Both the position numbers and the translations under genes were made by a program. From Akkermansiaceae bacterium (lineage in GTDB: Bacteria; Verrucomicrobiota; Verrucomicrobiia; Verrucomicrobiales; Akkermansiaceae): DNA of 64,000 bases. Where the stretch lies: assembly GCA_051251915.1 (NCBI GenBank), contig JBPOGF010000002.1, forward strand, positions 192,001-256,000, given 5' to 3'. Position 1 is the stretch's first letter; each line of letters opens with the position of its first letter. Shown here in pieces: positions 29,092-38,938 of this stretch. The notes beneath the pieces are model-generated. The model saw only the letters and a program-made list of their open reading frames with translations. It did not search any database and was not told where the DNA came from.

Positions 29092-30303
29092 CTAGAGCTT
29101 CTTGATGGCTTTTTTGAATTCAGCGATCATTTCTTGGAAGTTCTCTGTGCTGCGTCCTGAGAGGTGGATGCCTTCTTCTGTTCTGCCTAGGGTGGAGACG
29201 TATCCTACGGTGATGTCCTTGAGGCTTTTGACTGCTGTATCGACTGCTTCTTTTTCATCAGCGCCGAGTCCTTCGATCATGCCATTTGCGGTAGCGATGC
29301 CGTGGAGACGGAGTAGGAGGTCAGCGAAGTCCTTGGACATGTAGGTCATGGTGTTTCCTTTTTGAGGGAGACTTTCCATGGTTCCTTTGTATGCGGGGCT
29401 TTTGGCGAGTGTGTCTGTGCCGCTCATGCTGCGCTGGAGGAACTCTGGTGATGATGAGATCCAGATCTGGTTGTTGACTTTATCTATAGCAAAGAGTGGT
29501 GAGTAGCCCATGAACTGTGCTGCCATTTCGTCTGGCAGTCTGTAGGTGGTGACTCCGCCTTCTTCTTTCTTTTGGAATGGCATTCCTGACTCAGCGATGA
29601 AGTCATCGCCCATCTTGTCCCAGAGCCAAGTAAGGCCATCGAGACGAGCAACGATGCGTGGTTTGTCTAGTTCGCCGACCATAGGTAGAGCCATTTTGAC
29701 TTTGTCATCGAGGTCGATGGCTAGATTGACGCGGACATTAAGCTCACGGAGGAGTTCTGAGACAGACATTTCTAGATCAGGGATTTTCTCAAGCATTCCT
29801 TCTTCGAAGTCTTGCTGATCTTCTTGAGGGGCATTGCCTGCTTTCATGACGTTTCTGATGAGGTCCTCGACGGTTCTGAGGTCTAGGTCCATTTGGAGGA
29901 CGAGGTCAGATCCGGCAGGGCTCATTAGTGGGGCTGAGAATTCTGCGTCTTTTTTGCCGAGTAGTGAGAAGATTCCTTTATCTGATCCGCCGTTGTGGAG
30001 GAACATGAGGTTTTTCCATTCTGTGCCTACTTTTTCTGAGCTCATGGCGTAGGAGGTGATGTCTCCGAGGCCTAGGGCATTGAGGATGGCTTTGCCGTCT
30101 ACTTCTTGACCTTCTTTTTTGGCTTGCTCGTTGATCAGTGCGGCGAGTTGGTCGAATAGCTCGTTTGCTGGTTTGGCTTCGGTGAATTCTGCATTGATGT
30201 TGATCTTTGATGCTGCAGGTACGTCAGCGACGGCTTGTCCCCATGATGATGTGCTAGCGGCTAGTGAGATAGCTGGTAGCATGAATAGGTATTTCTTTTT
30301 CAT
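29092..30303 (-). CDS. Hypothetical exported protein
   Basis: Signal peptide (SSWG-Q); 403 aa. Confidence 0.85.
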   Translation of the reverse strand: MKKKYLFMLPAISLAASTSSWGQAVADVPAASKININAEFTEAKPANELFDQLAALINEQAKKEGQEVDGKAILNALGLGDITSYAMSSEKVGTEWKNLMFLHNGGSDKGIFSLLGKKDAEFSAPLMSPAGSDLVLQMDLDLRTVEDLIRNVMKAGNAPQEDQQDFEEGMLEKIPDLEMSVSELLRELNVRVNLAIDLDDKVKMALPMVGELDKPRIVARLDGLTWLWDKMGDDFIAESGMPFQKKEEGGVTTYRLPDEMAAQFMGYSPLFAIDKVNNQIWISSSPEFLQRSMSGTDTLAKSPAYKGTMESLPQKGNTMTYMSKDFADLLLRLHGIATANGMIEGLGADEKEAVDTAVKSLKDITVGYVSTLGRTEEGIHLSGRSTENFQEMIAEFKKAIKKL

Positions 30304-30574
30304 TGTTTTCGTTGTTTGGTTGGTATGTGTTTAAGTATTAGAGCTTCATCGGATGGTGTTTCTTTCTGTGCTTATTTAGTAACTAATTACGGGTAGGTTA
30401 CAACTAAGTAATAATAATATGACGGTGATTTATGGGGGGAGTAGGTCATAGGTGATATTTTAGTGAGAGTAAAACTTGCCTCTAACTTTGCTCTAAGGAA
30501 TGGGGATTTGGGTGAATGGTGTTAGAGGTAAGTTTTCTCTTTTCTTGTCAGAGATGTGGAGTAGTTTAGTAGTT

Positions 30575-31975
30575 ATGAAACTAAAATTTTGTGGAGCAGC
30601 AGGAACGACAACAGGGTCTCAGCATCTGTTAGAGGTTAATGGACAGAAGATTTTGTTAGATTGTGGATTGTATCAAGGTAGGAGGCATGATGCTTATGAG
30701 GTGAACTGTTGTTTTCCTCATTTTAAGCCAGAGGAGATAGATAGTGTGGTGCTGAGTCACGCGCATATTGATCATAGTGGAAATCTTCCTAACCTAACAA
30801 AGCGTGGTTTCAAAGGGAATATTTATGCTACTTTTGCGACGAGGGATCTGTGTCAGATCATGCTTGCTGATAGTGCTTATATACAGGAGAAGGATGTGGA
30901 GTGGCTGAATAAGAAGCGTAAGAAGAAGGATTTGCCACCAGTGGAGCCGCTTTATTTGGGTGTAGATGCGGAGTTGTGTTTGAGGCAGTTTGTCAATGTG
31001 GGGTATGGAAGGCCGTTGATTATTGGTAAGGGTGTGACGATGCAGTTTGTAGACGCAGGGCATATTTTAGGGAGTGCTCAGGTTGTATTAGATATTGAGG
31101 ATGAGTCTGATGGTAAGAAGAAAAGGTTGCTGTTCTCTGGCGATGTGGGGAGAGGGGATAATGATATTTTACGTGATCCTGTAGCGGTGGAAGATGTGGA
31201 TTATCTTTTGATGGAGAGTACCTATGGTGGACGTGAGCATGAGCTTGGGACGCGAGCCGACGCGAAGATTGCATCGATCGTGAATAGGGCTCTGGAGCGT
31301 GGGGGTAAGATTATTATTCCTGCCTTTGCGGTGGAGCGGACTCAGCAGTTGTTGTATGTATTGCACCAGTTATTTGAGGATGGTTCTATTCCAGATGTTC
31401 CGGTGTTTGTGGATAGTCCGTTGGCGGTTAATGCGACGGAAATTTTCCGATTGCATCCTGAGTGCTTTAACAAAGAGATCTATAGATTTTTGTTTGAGAA
31501 GTCAGATCCATTTGGTTTTGAAGGGTTAACATTGATACGTAGTGTGAATGGTTCTAAGGATCTTAACAGGCGTGAGGGGCAGGCGATTATTATTTCTGCA
31601 TCAGGGATGTGTGAGGCGGGGAGGATACTCCATCATCTCAAAAATAGCATTGATGATCCTAAGAATACGATTTTGTTTGTGGGTTACTGTGCGGAGAATA
31701 CGCTGGGGTGGAAGATCCGTGAGGGGTGGGATGAGGTGAAGATTTTTGGTCAGCCTTATCCGCTTAGGGCGAATGTGGAGATCATGGATTCATTTTCTGG
31801 TCATGCGGATCATTCTGAGTTGATTGATTATTTTAATGCTATGACTGGACCGAAGAAAAAAGTCTGGTTGATTCATGGTGAGCAGAGTAGAAGTGAGAGC
31901 TTCTGCGAGGCACTGAAGGAAGTTCACAATGGTGAGATCAGTGTGGGTGTACTCGGTGAAGAAGTTGAATTTTAG
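30575..31975 (+). CDS. MBL-fold beta-CASP RNA-metabolising hydrolase
   Basis: SHAHIDHSG, AGHILGS, MESTYG, PAFAVERTQ, SGMCEAGRILHH and SGHAD motifs; start MKLKFCG. Confidence 0.93.
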   Translation: MKLKFCGAAGTTTGSQHLLEVNGQKILLDCGLYQGRRHDAYEVNCCFPHFKPEEIDSVVLSHAHIDHSGNLPNLTKRGFKGNIYATFATRDLCQIMLADSAYIQEKDVEWLNKKRKKKDLPPVEPLYLGVDAELCLRQFVNVGYGRPLIIGKGVTMQFVDAGHILGSAQVVLDIEDESDGKKKRLLFSGDVGRGDNDILRDPVAVEDVDYLLMESTYGGREHELGTRADAKIASIVNRALERGGKIIIPAFAVERTQQLLYVLHQLFEDGSIPDVPVFVDSPLAVNATEIFRLHPECFNKEIYRFLFEKSDPFGFEGLTLIRSVNGSKDLNRREGQAIIISASGMCEAGRILHHLKNSIDDPKNTILFVGYCAENTLGWKIREGWDEVKIFGQPYPLRANVEIMDSFSGHADHSELIDYFNAMTGPKKKVWLIHGEQSRSESFCEALKEVHNGEISVGVLGEEVEF

Positions 31976-31988
31976 TAAGTAAGGAAAG

Positions 31989-32483
31989 ATGTCTGAGAAA
32001 AAGAAAGTGCTGTTTGTATGCACGGGAAACACTTGTCGGAGCCCGATGGCTGAAGGATTATTTAGGAAATTAGTGGCGGAAAAGTCTGATTATGAAGTAC
32101 TGGGTTCCGCTGGAGTGTCTGCTTACCCTGGTGATAGGATAAGTCCAGAGACGGTTGTGGTGCTGAAGCAGCAAGCTGCAGATGAGGCGATGAGAGATTT
32201 TCGTAGTCGTCCAGTGGATGAGGAGTTGTTAGATAGTGCTACTCATGTTTTTGCGATGACTGAAAGCCACTTGGATATGTTAGTGCAGGCCTTTCCTGAT
32301 TATGCTGAGAAGTGTAACTTGGTGTGTGATTTTATATCGTTTAACGGGAAAGTTGGAATGGATGTGCCTGATCCAATAGGGCAAGGTTCTAGAGCTTATA
32401 AGGCTGTGGCACAGGTGTTTGAGCATGCATTGCCTGCGCTGATTATGTTTATGAATGGTGAGTTAGAGGAGGATCTGAATTAG
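31989..32483 (+). CDS. Low-molecular-weight protein Tyr/Arg phosphatase (YwlE-like)
   Basis: VCTGNTCRSPMAE P-loop and DPIG motif. Confidence 0.92.
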   Translation: MSEKKKVLFVCTGNTCRSPMAEGLFRKLVAEKSDYEVLGSAGVSAYPGDRISPETVVVLKQQAADEAMRDFRSRPVDEELLDSATHVFAMTESHLDMLVQAFPDYAEKCNLVCDFISFNGKVGMDVPDPIGQGSRAYKAVAQVFEHALPALIMFMNGELEEDLN

Positions 32484-32493
32484 TTAACTGATT

Positions 32494-32775
32494 ATGAGTG
32501 GGAGAAGTGAACAGAGACTGTCTACAGCGAAGAATGTGATGGTAGATTCACTAACCCTTTTTGATGAGATAATGGAGGCTATCAATGAGAGCTTGGTGTG
32601 TCTCAAGCCTTGGTTAGAGCATAGGATAGATGAGCATTTGACGATAGGTGGGATTCTGGGTGGTCTTAGGAAGACACTGGAATCGATTAAGGAGAGATCA
32701 CTCACGGGGTCACTCGAAGACTGGGTTACGAGTTTCGTAGAAAAGCATGAGTCGATGGGGGGTAGATTATGTTGA
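32494..32775 (+). CDS. Small hypothetical protein
   Basis: ATG 10 nt after the phosphatase stop; amphipathic-helix-like sequence. Confidence 0.5.
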   Translation: MSGRSEQRLSTAKNVMVDSLTLFDEIMEAINESLVCLKPWLEHRIDEHLTIGGILGGLRKTLESIKERSLTGSLEDWVTSFVEKHESMGGRLC

Positions 32776-33012
32776 ATAGGCTTTATGTTGTTGTAATTGA
32801 GGTTTTATGTTTTTTGGTGTAAGGAATGAAATGTCATATAAGATATAGTCCGCATTAGGTAGTGGGTTTTGATACCTATGGTAAGCTAAGTTTCTTACTG
32901 GTTTATAAAGGTTAAATAGGCCTCTTTGGATCATCTTAAACTATCCTGCTAACATCTCATAAACGTTGCTGTTAGAACTGCTGGCAAGAAGCGGGAGAGG
33001 CTTGAACCAAAT

Positions 33013-33047
33013 AAAAAAGCACTTTATCCCAATGTGGGATAAAGTGC
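33013..33047 (-). terminator. Intrinsic terminator in a long intergenic region
   Basis: Perfect 12-bp stem GCACTTTATCCC/GGGATAAAGTGC followed by U6 on the - strand. Confidence 0.75.
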
Positions 33048-33484
33048 CTCCTAAACAGTTAGTAGCACACAATAATTTACCTACTAAAGGTTGGATATCA
33101 CCTTGCTTCGGGGCGTGTTCATTTTTAGTTTTGTGTTAGGCCAAAGTTTAAAAATGAAGTTGTCCCGTATTCAGGTTAACAAAGCAAAAGACACTGATGA
33201 ATCGTTGATTCGGGTTAGAAATGTTCACATTCATAGTATTATTTGTTGTCCACTATTATTACTTTAGAACCTATACTTTGTCTATATTTTGATGAAAAAA
33301 GACGTATATTTATCCAGATAGGGTATTATTTGTGTGTGTGTAATGTTAACAAATAGAGTTGATTGTGGTTTTTTTATTGATTGGTTTGATAGTGGTCCAT
33401 ATGTGTGATTAGGAGCTTTAATACAGAACAGCACCTCATTTATTTGTGGGTATTTCCCCTAATACGTTGTGGGCTAGCCACTTT

Positions 33485-34156
33485 TTACTCTAGAAGGTCT
33501 GGACGATTGAGCTTGGTTCTCTCTAGTGCTTTTACTTTTTTCCAGCTTTCTATTTTGGCATGATTACCGCTGAGGAGAATCTCGGGGACGTTGAGGCCGT
33601 TGAAGTTGTTGGGTTTTGTGTAGGCAGGGGCTTCTAGGAGGTTTGGGTCTGAGAAGGATTCGTCTTGGTGTGAGCGTTCGTCGCCTAGTGCCCCTGGGAG
33701 GAGGCGGATGATGGCGTCTGAGAGTACGGCTGCGGCGATGGCTCCATTGGTGAGGACGTAGTCTCCGATGGAGATTTCGTCGTCAATGAGCTCGTCAATG
33801 ACTCTGTGATCAACTCCTTCGTAGTGACCGCAGAGTATGATGAGGTGTTTTTCTTCCGAGTAGGTCTGGGCCATGGCTTGTTTGAATGGCTTGCCTTGGG
33901 GGGTCATGAGAAGAGTGCGGCTGTGTTCTGTGCTGAGCTCGGCGATGGCGGCGAATATGGGGCCGGGCTTGAGTAGCATTCCTTGGCCTCCGCCACAGAG
34001 GTAGTCGTCAGTTTTTTTGTGTTTGTCTGTGGCCCAGTCTCTGAGGTTATGGGCATAGACTTCTACGATTCCAGCCGCTTGAGCGCGCTTGATGATACTT
34101 TCGTTGAGCGGAGCTAGAGCGATTTCTGGGAATAGTGTGATGATGTCGATGCGCAT
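33485..34156 (-). CDS. trmD: tRNA (guanine-N1)-methyltransferase TrmD
   Basis: [38 protein letters not shown] and LLSGNH motifs. Confidence 0.97.
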   Translation of the reverse strand: MRIDIITLFPEIALAPLNESIIKRAQAAGIVEVYAHNLRDWATDKHKKTDDYLCGGGQGMLLKPGPIFAAIAELSTEHSRTLLMTPQGKPFKQAMAQTYSEEKHLIILCGHYEGVDHRVIDELIDDEISIGDYVLTNGAIAAAVLSDAIIRLLPGALGDERSHQDESFSDPNLLEAPAYTKPNNFNGLNVPEILLSGNHAKIESWKKVKALERTKLNRPDLLE

Positions 34157-34205
34157 GTCGGTGATTGAAGTTGGCTTACTCTTACGTTCTACTATGATTT
34201 TGACT

Positions 34206-34703
34206 ATGAAGAAAGTGCTTATCTACACAGATGGTTCCTCTAGGGGAAATCCTGGTCCAGGTGGTTATGGTGCGCTGTTGTTGTGTGGTGAGCATAAGAA
34301 GGAAAAGAGCGGGGGGTATACGGAGACTACGAATAACCGTATGGAGCTAATGGCGGTAATTGTGGCTTTAGAGTCTCTAAAGGTGCCCTGTGAGGTGGAG
34401 GTGATCTCTGATTCTAGGTATGTGATTAACGCGATGGATAAGGGCTGGATTCATGGCTGGTGCAAAAGGGGGTGGAATAAGGCAGATAAGAAGCCTCTTA
34501 AGAATACTGACCTCTGGAAGCGACTGTATGTTACTGTGCGGTCACATGATGTGAAGTGGACTTGGGTGAAAGGTCATGCAGGAAATCAATACAATGAACG
34601 TTGTGATCACTTAGCAACCTCAGCCGCTCTAGGAGAGAATTTAGCTCTCGATGAGGGGTATGTGGCTGAAGGGGGTGATCCAGATTTATTCAGTGATTTA
34701 TAA
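34206..34703 (+). CDS. rnhA: Ribonuclease HI
   Basis: [34 protein letters not shown] and NERCD motifs; start MKKVLIY. Confidence 0.96.
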   Translation: MKKVLIYTDGSSRGNPGPGGYGALLLCGEHKKEKSGGYTETTNNRMELMAVIVALESLKVPCEVEVISDSRYVINAMDKGWIHGWCKRGWNKADKKPLKNTDLWKRLYVTVRSHDVKWTWVKGHAGNQYNERCDHLATSAALGENLALDEGYVAEGGDPDLFSDL

Positions 34704-34781
34704 CACTGTATGAGTTAGAGTACATTACAGAGCTTGCAATAAGGCTGGATGTTGCTTTTGGGGAGATCGAGTGATAAGGGC

Positions 34782-34858
34782 AAAAAAGTAGCGACCTATG
34801 GTAAAACAGAATCTTAAGCCCCCTCCCAAAAGCTTAAGACCAAAAACCATAGGCCGCT
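34782..34858 (-). ncRNA. Candidate small RNA or compound terminator with a GGGAGGGG apical loop
   Basis: 13-bp outer stem (G-U pair on the - strand), 8-bp inner stem TCTTAAGC/GCTTAAGA, loop UUUUGGGAGGGG, then U6. Confidence 0.45.
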
Positions 34859-35002
34859 GGGCATTTAATGGAGCAATTTGATCTAAAGATCAAGTAATTC
34901 CTTTAAGAACTATGAAAAAAATTTCACTCTGCACGTTGTGTATATACGACGTGCATACTAGTTTGGGGATAGGCTATGTATTCGGTATGAAAGTTGTTAG
35001 AT

Positions 35003-35593
35003 TTATCGAGATTTGATAATTCCTTCAACGATTCCTCTTGCTGCTAGAGTCTGATACCATGACTGAGCACAACGAGAACGTTCGTATGGATTGCTGATGA
35101 ATCCGCACTCTACTAGGACTGCTGGGCATTTGGTTTTGTTTAGAACGGCAAACCCCATTCCATACTTGATGCCTCGATTGCGAGTTTTAGTATGGCTGCT
35201 GACTTTGCTTTGAATATTAGAGGCAATTCTTTTTCCCGTAGCGCTGGCGTAGAACGTTTCAACTCCTTTAATGGAAGTGTTGGTGTGAGCGTTAAAGTGG
35301 ATACTTACAAAGATGGCATCTTTGTATCTGTTGGCTACAGCTACTCTTTGGGCGAAGGAGAGGTAAACGTCACTACGGCGAGTCAGCTTAACGGGAATTT
35401 TTTTAGCCTTAAGCATGGCCTCTACTTTAGTGGCTACTTTCAGGTTTAGGTATGCTTCACTGATTCCTCCCCATTTAGCTCCTCTATCTTTTCCACCGTG
35501 GCCAGGGTCAATGATTACGGTGGTGTATTTGCCAGCTATAGCAGTAGTAGCGCATGCAAAAAGCATGAAAATTGAGAGTAAGCCATTAATCAT
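35003..35593 (-). CDS. N-acetylmuramoyl-L-alanine amidase (Amidase_3)
   Basis: Signal peptide; IDPGHGG, SIHFNA and LVECGFISN motifs. Confidence 0.93.
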   Translation of the reverse strand: MINGLLSIFMLFACATTAIAGKYTTVIIDPGHGGKDRGAKWGGISEAYLNLKVATKVEAMLKAKKIPVKLTRRSDVYLSFAQRVAVANRYKDAIFVSIHFNAHTNTSIKGVETFYASATGKRIASNIQSKVSSHTKTRNRGIKYGMGFAVLNKTKCPAVLVECGFISNPYERSRCAQSWYQTLAARGIVEGIIKSR

Positions 35594-35693
35594 AAAAAAA
35601 TTATATCCCTTAATCTTTCATTGGGGAAGTAATTTTTTAGAAATCAATAAAATAATCAAATCTGTGATAAATTTTTTATAGCATGTGGTCTTA

Positions 35694-36614
35694 CTAGCCA
35701 CCAATTGTTTCGCTTAGTGATTTGCGAAGTCTTTTAGATAATAGTGGGCGAATAAGTCCGTAGAGCAGATAGAGTGAGAAGATCACAGAAGGAGTGTACC
35801 AGCGGGTGGTCTCGTTGAATATAAGGCCGATGGATAGAGTGGCTAGTAAGATTCCCCAAAGTGAGCCTTTGGTTCGCCAGTCTACTTTTTTAAAGCTAGG
35901 GTAGCGCACGTTACTGATCATGAGGATAGATAGACCGATCATGACTCCAACAAGGACGTAGTTCCAGGCACCGAGGTTTTTTCCTACTTCGTAAAAATTA
36001 GAGAGGAGGAAGGTGAGTGAGGCGATGAAGCCTGCTGCCATTGGGATGGGTATACCTAGGAAGTCTGTATTTCTTTCTTCACCCTCGGGAAGGGGGATCG
36101 CAGCGAGGCAGTTAAACCGAGCTAGGCGCATGGCTCCGCAAAGTAGATATGAGAAGGATACCGCCCAGCCAATCCATTCGATTTCTGGAGGCAGGTTAAA
36201 TAAGACAGCTTTAGATACGAGTAAGGCAGGGGCCATTCCAAAGGAGATAACATCTGCAATGGAGTCAAATTCTCTTCCAAAGGGTGATTCTTGTCCACCA
36301 AGTCTGGCTAGTCTACCATCTAAAAGATCGAAAATACAGGATCCAAAAATGAAGAAAATAGCTTTCTCGTAGAATGAGTGGATTTCCATTGGTGGTAGGC
36401 CAGTGATTTCACCGTGCATGCCTTTGAAGATAGAAAGGACGGCTAGAAATCCGCAAAGTAAATTACCTGCCGTCATGAGGTTAGGCAAAAGGTAGATTTT
36501 GGGTTCTAGGTGGGAGTAGTCAGTGGATTCAGCACTATCAGAGTTCTTTGCTGCTACTTCTTCCGGAGTTAACGAAGGGGCGTCCGCCGGGTTTTGAGAT
36601 GGTTGGTCGCTCAT
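35694..36614 (-). CDS. pssA: CDP-diacylglycerol--serine O-phosphatidyltransferase
   Basis: LLPNLMT, DLLDGRLAR...GREFDSIADVISFG and RLARFN motifs; start moved to MSDQPS. Confidence 0.9.
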   Translation of the reverse strand: MSDQPSQNPADAPSLTPEEVAAKNSDSAESTDYSHLEPKIYLLPNLMTAGNLLCGFLAVLSIFKGMHGEITGLPPMEIHSFYEKAIFFIFGSCIFDLLDGRLARLGGQESPFGREFDSIADVISFGMAPALLVSKAVLFNLPPEIEWIGWAVSFSYLLCGAMRLARFNCLAAIPLPEGEERNTDFLGIPIPMAAGFIASLTFLLSNFYEVGKNLGAWNYVLVGVMIGLSILMISNVRYPSFKKVDWRTKGSLWGILLATLSIGLIFNETTRWYTPSVIFSLYLLYGLIRPLLSKRLRKSLSETIGG

Positions 36615-36687
36615 GCAGGGATAGATCAGCATAAATTGGGCGAAAGAAACAGTGGAAAATTTACCTGAGCCGATGTAAGAGTCGCTT

Positions 36688-37251
36688 ATGGAAGACTTGA
36701 TAGAAAAAAATGACATCACGGAGCAGACCTCGATGGGGGAGATCACGACAAAGTTTCCAGGTGCAAGGCGTGCGCTTTTTGCTCGGTATCACATTGGTGG
36801 ATGTAGTTCATGTGCCTATCAGGATACTGAGAAGCTAGAAGAAGTGTGTGTGAGAAATGAGATCACGGCTGCGGAAGCGATTGATCATATTTTGAATAGC
36901 CATATAGAGGATAAGAAGATGTTGATTGATCCTCAGGTAGCAAAGGAGATGATAGATAGTGGCAAGGAGGTGAGATTTGTAGATACTAGAACGCGAGAAG
37001 AGCATGAGGCTGTTGCGATTTCGGGTTCTTATTTCATGACGCAGGAACTACAGCAGGAAATTTTTGGAAAATGGGATAGGTCTGAGGAGCTGACGATCAT
37101 TTTATACGATCACACAGGGAAGAGTGCGATTGATACATGTGCGTGGTTTATTGGGCATGAAATGAAAAATACTTTTGCGCTTGTGGGTGGGATTGATGCT
37201 TGGAGTAGGCAGGTAGATTCATCGGTGTCGCGCTACAGGCTTGAAATGTGA
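36688..37251 (+). CDS. Rhodanese-like protein with an N-terminal CxxC domain
   Basis: HIGGCSSCAY; DTRTREEH; LVGGIDAW. Confidence 0.8.
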   Translation: MEDLIEKNDITEQTSMGEITTKFPGARRALFARYHIGGCSSCAYQDTEKLEEVCVRNEITAAEAIDHILNSHIEDKKMLIDPQVAKEMIDSGKEVRFVDTRTREEHEAVAISGSYFMTQELQQEIFGKWDRSEELTIILYDHTGKSAIDTCAWFIGHEMKNTFALVGGIDAWSRQVDSSVSRYRLEM

Positions 37252-37540
37252 GCGCTGGAGTCGGTTAAGAAGGTTTTAAGGCGGTAGGATGCTCTTGAGA
37301 ATTAAGATATCTAAAATAATCTTCTTGTGTGAATTCGATGGGGGATAATTTTTTTTTAGGGTCTGTTAGAAGGTTCTAAGTCTAGTGGTATAAGTGTTTT
37401 CTAGTTTGTTTCAGGTATGAAAGGTGCTGGATGATGTCATTTTTCTTAAAATGCTTCTTTACTAGCTGCGTTTGATTCGCAGAATGAGTAACTGTTAATA
37501 CTAGTAATAACCAAATCACAACACACACGATTATAAAATC

Positions 37541-38323
37541 ATGAAACACCTAGCTACTAGCCAGCTAAAAACTGCCGGCATCACCCTATCCACAGTCCTG
37601 CTAACAGCAGCTCCGCTTCTTGCTCAAGAAACAGCAAAACCTAAAAAAAGTGCACTTGATGCCTACCTGCTTGATGGTGGGCCACTTACGATTTTCATCG
37701 TAGCATTCGGTCTCATTTCATTGATTGGTCTAACTGTTTACAATTTCATCAACCTTTCAAAATCTAAATATTGCCCAGATGATCTCAAAGGAGCACTCCT
37801 TGATCACATGGTAAACTGTCGCGTAAGATCAGCAATCGAGCTATCTGCATCACACCCTTCTTATCTTGGAAGAATGATGGCTTACGCACTTCCAAATGTT
37901 GACGCAACTCGTCCAGAAGATCTCGGTAGAGATGGCGTGGAAGATTCCATGGCTGACTTCTCAATCAACGAAGGCAGAAAGAACATGGTTTGGATTAACC
38001 TTATCTCACTCGTGGCACAGGCTGCACCGATGTTAGGACTTTTCGGAACAGTGTTCGGTATGATCGGTGCGTTCGCTAAGCTTGAAGATGGTGACGCGGA
38101 TCCAGCGGCACTAGCGGGGCAAATCTCTATCGCACTACTTACAACTATGTGGGGACTAATCGTTGCGATTCTTGCAGTATTCGCTTACTTCTACTTCAAG
38201 GGTCGTTATCAGGCGCTTATTGCAGAGTGTAACCAAACTGCTGAGGAACTACTCAATGCATCTGTGCAAACTGTTAATGGTGATGCACAACTTGCTAAGA
38301 TTCCAGAAGGTCTAGCCGTTTAA
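37541..38323 (+). CDS. MotA/TolQ/ExbB proton-channel protein with signal peptide
   Basis: APMLGLFGTVFGMIGAF and GQISIALLTTMWGLIVAI motifs. Confidence 0.92.
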   Translation: MKHLATSQLKTAGITLSTVLLTAAPLLAQETAKPKKSALDAYLLDGGPLTIFIVAFGLISLIGLTVYNFINLSKSKYCPDDLKGALLDHMVNCRVRSAIELSASHPSYLGRMMAYALPNVDATRPEDLGRDGVEDSMADFSINEGRKNMVWINLISLVAQAAPMLGLFGTVFGMIGAFAKLEDGDADPAALAGQISIALLTTMWGLIVAILAVFAYFYFKGRYQALIAECNQTAEELLNASVQTVNGDAQLAKIPEGLAV

Positions 38324-38336
38324 AGGATAAGGAAAG

Positions 38337-38370
38337 AGATCAGAGGTCTGAAAGAGCATTCCTCTGATCT
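38337..38370 (+). promoter_or_regulatory. Intercistronic hairpin without a U-tract
   Basis: Perfect 10-bp stem AGATCAGAGG/CCTCTGATCT. Confidence 0.55.
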
Positions 38371-38402
38371 ACTATTCATAACCTAAAAACACTCTTAAAA
38401 TT

Positions 38403-38873
38403 ATGGCATCAGATAAACTCAGGGCGCTAAACGCCAAAGAAGAAAAAGAAGCAGAAATGGACATGTCTCCAATGATTGACATGGTGTTCCTGCTCCTCAT
38501 TTTCTTCATCGTTGTATCTTCACCTATGATCGTGAAAATGGATCCAGAGGTGAAGCCGGCAGTTGCATTTAATTCCACACCCGCTGAAGAAAAGAACGGA
38601 AGGATCGTTATTAACATCAGAGGAGAGGAAGATTATTATAAGTTGAACTTCAACGATAAGGATGCGAAAATGACAAATGAAGACGAGATAGCTGATTATG
38701 TAGAAGCTGAAGTCAAGCGCATCGCTGCGATGAGTTCAGAATACACGCCGAAGCTTCACTTACGTGGAGACAAGGAAGTGCTCTTCGAGTATTCACAGAC
38801 TGCTATTGCAGGTGCTGCTAGAGCTGGCGTGAACCAGATCATCTTCTCAGTTTATCCATTTGCTGCTAAATAG
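38403..38873 (+). CDS. ExbD/TolR family protein
   Basis: DMSPMIDMVFLLLIFF and LRGDKEV motifs. Confidence 0.92.
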   Translation: MASDKLRALNAKEEKEAEMDMSPMIDMVFLLLIFFIVVSSPMIVKMDPEVKPAVAFNSTPAEEKNGRIVINIRGEEDYYKLNFNDKDAKMTNEDEIADYVEAEVKRIAAMSSEYTPKLHLRGDKEVLFEYSQTAIAGAARAGVNQIIFSVYPFAAK

Positions 38874-38938
38874 GCTAATCTAGATAGCAACCAACAAAAA
38901 TTAATACAATCCAACCTTACTCAATACTTATTTAAATT

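Noticed and set aside
34878..34893. FNR box
   Set aside because: Spacing is TTGAT-N6-ATCAA rather than N4; kept only as an unassigned palindrome.
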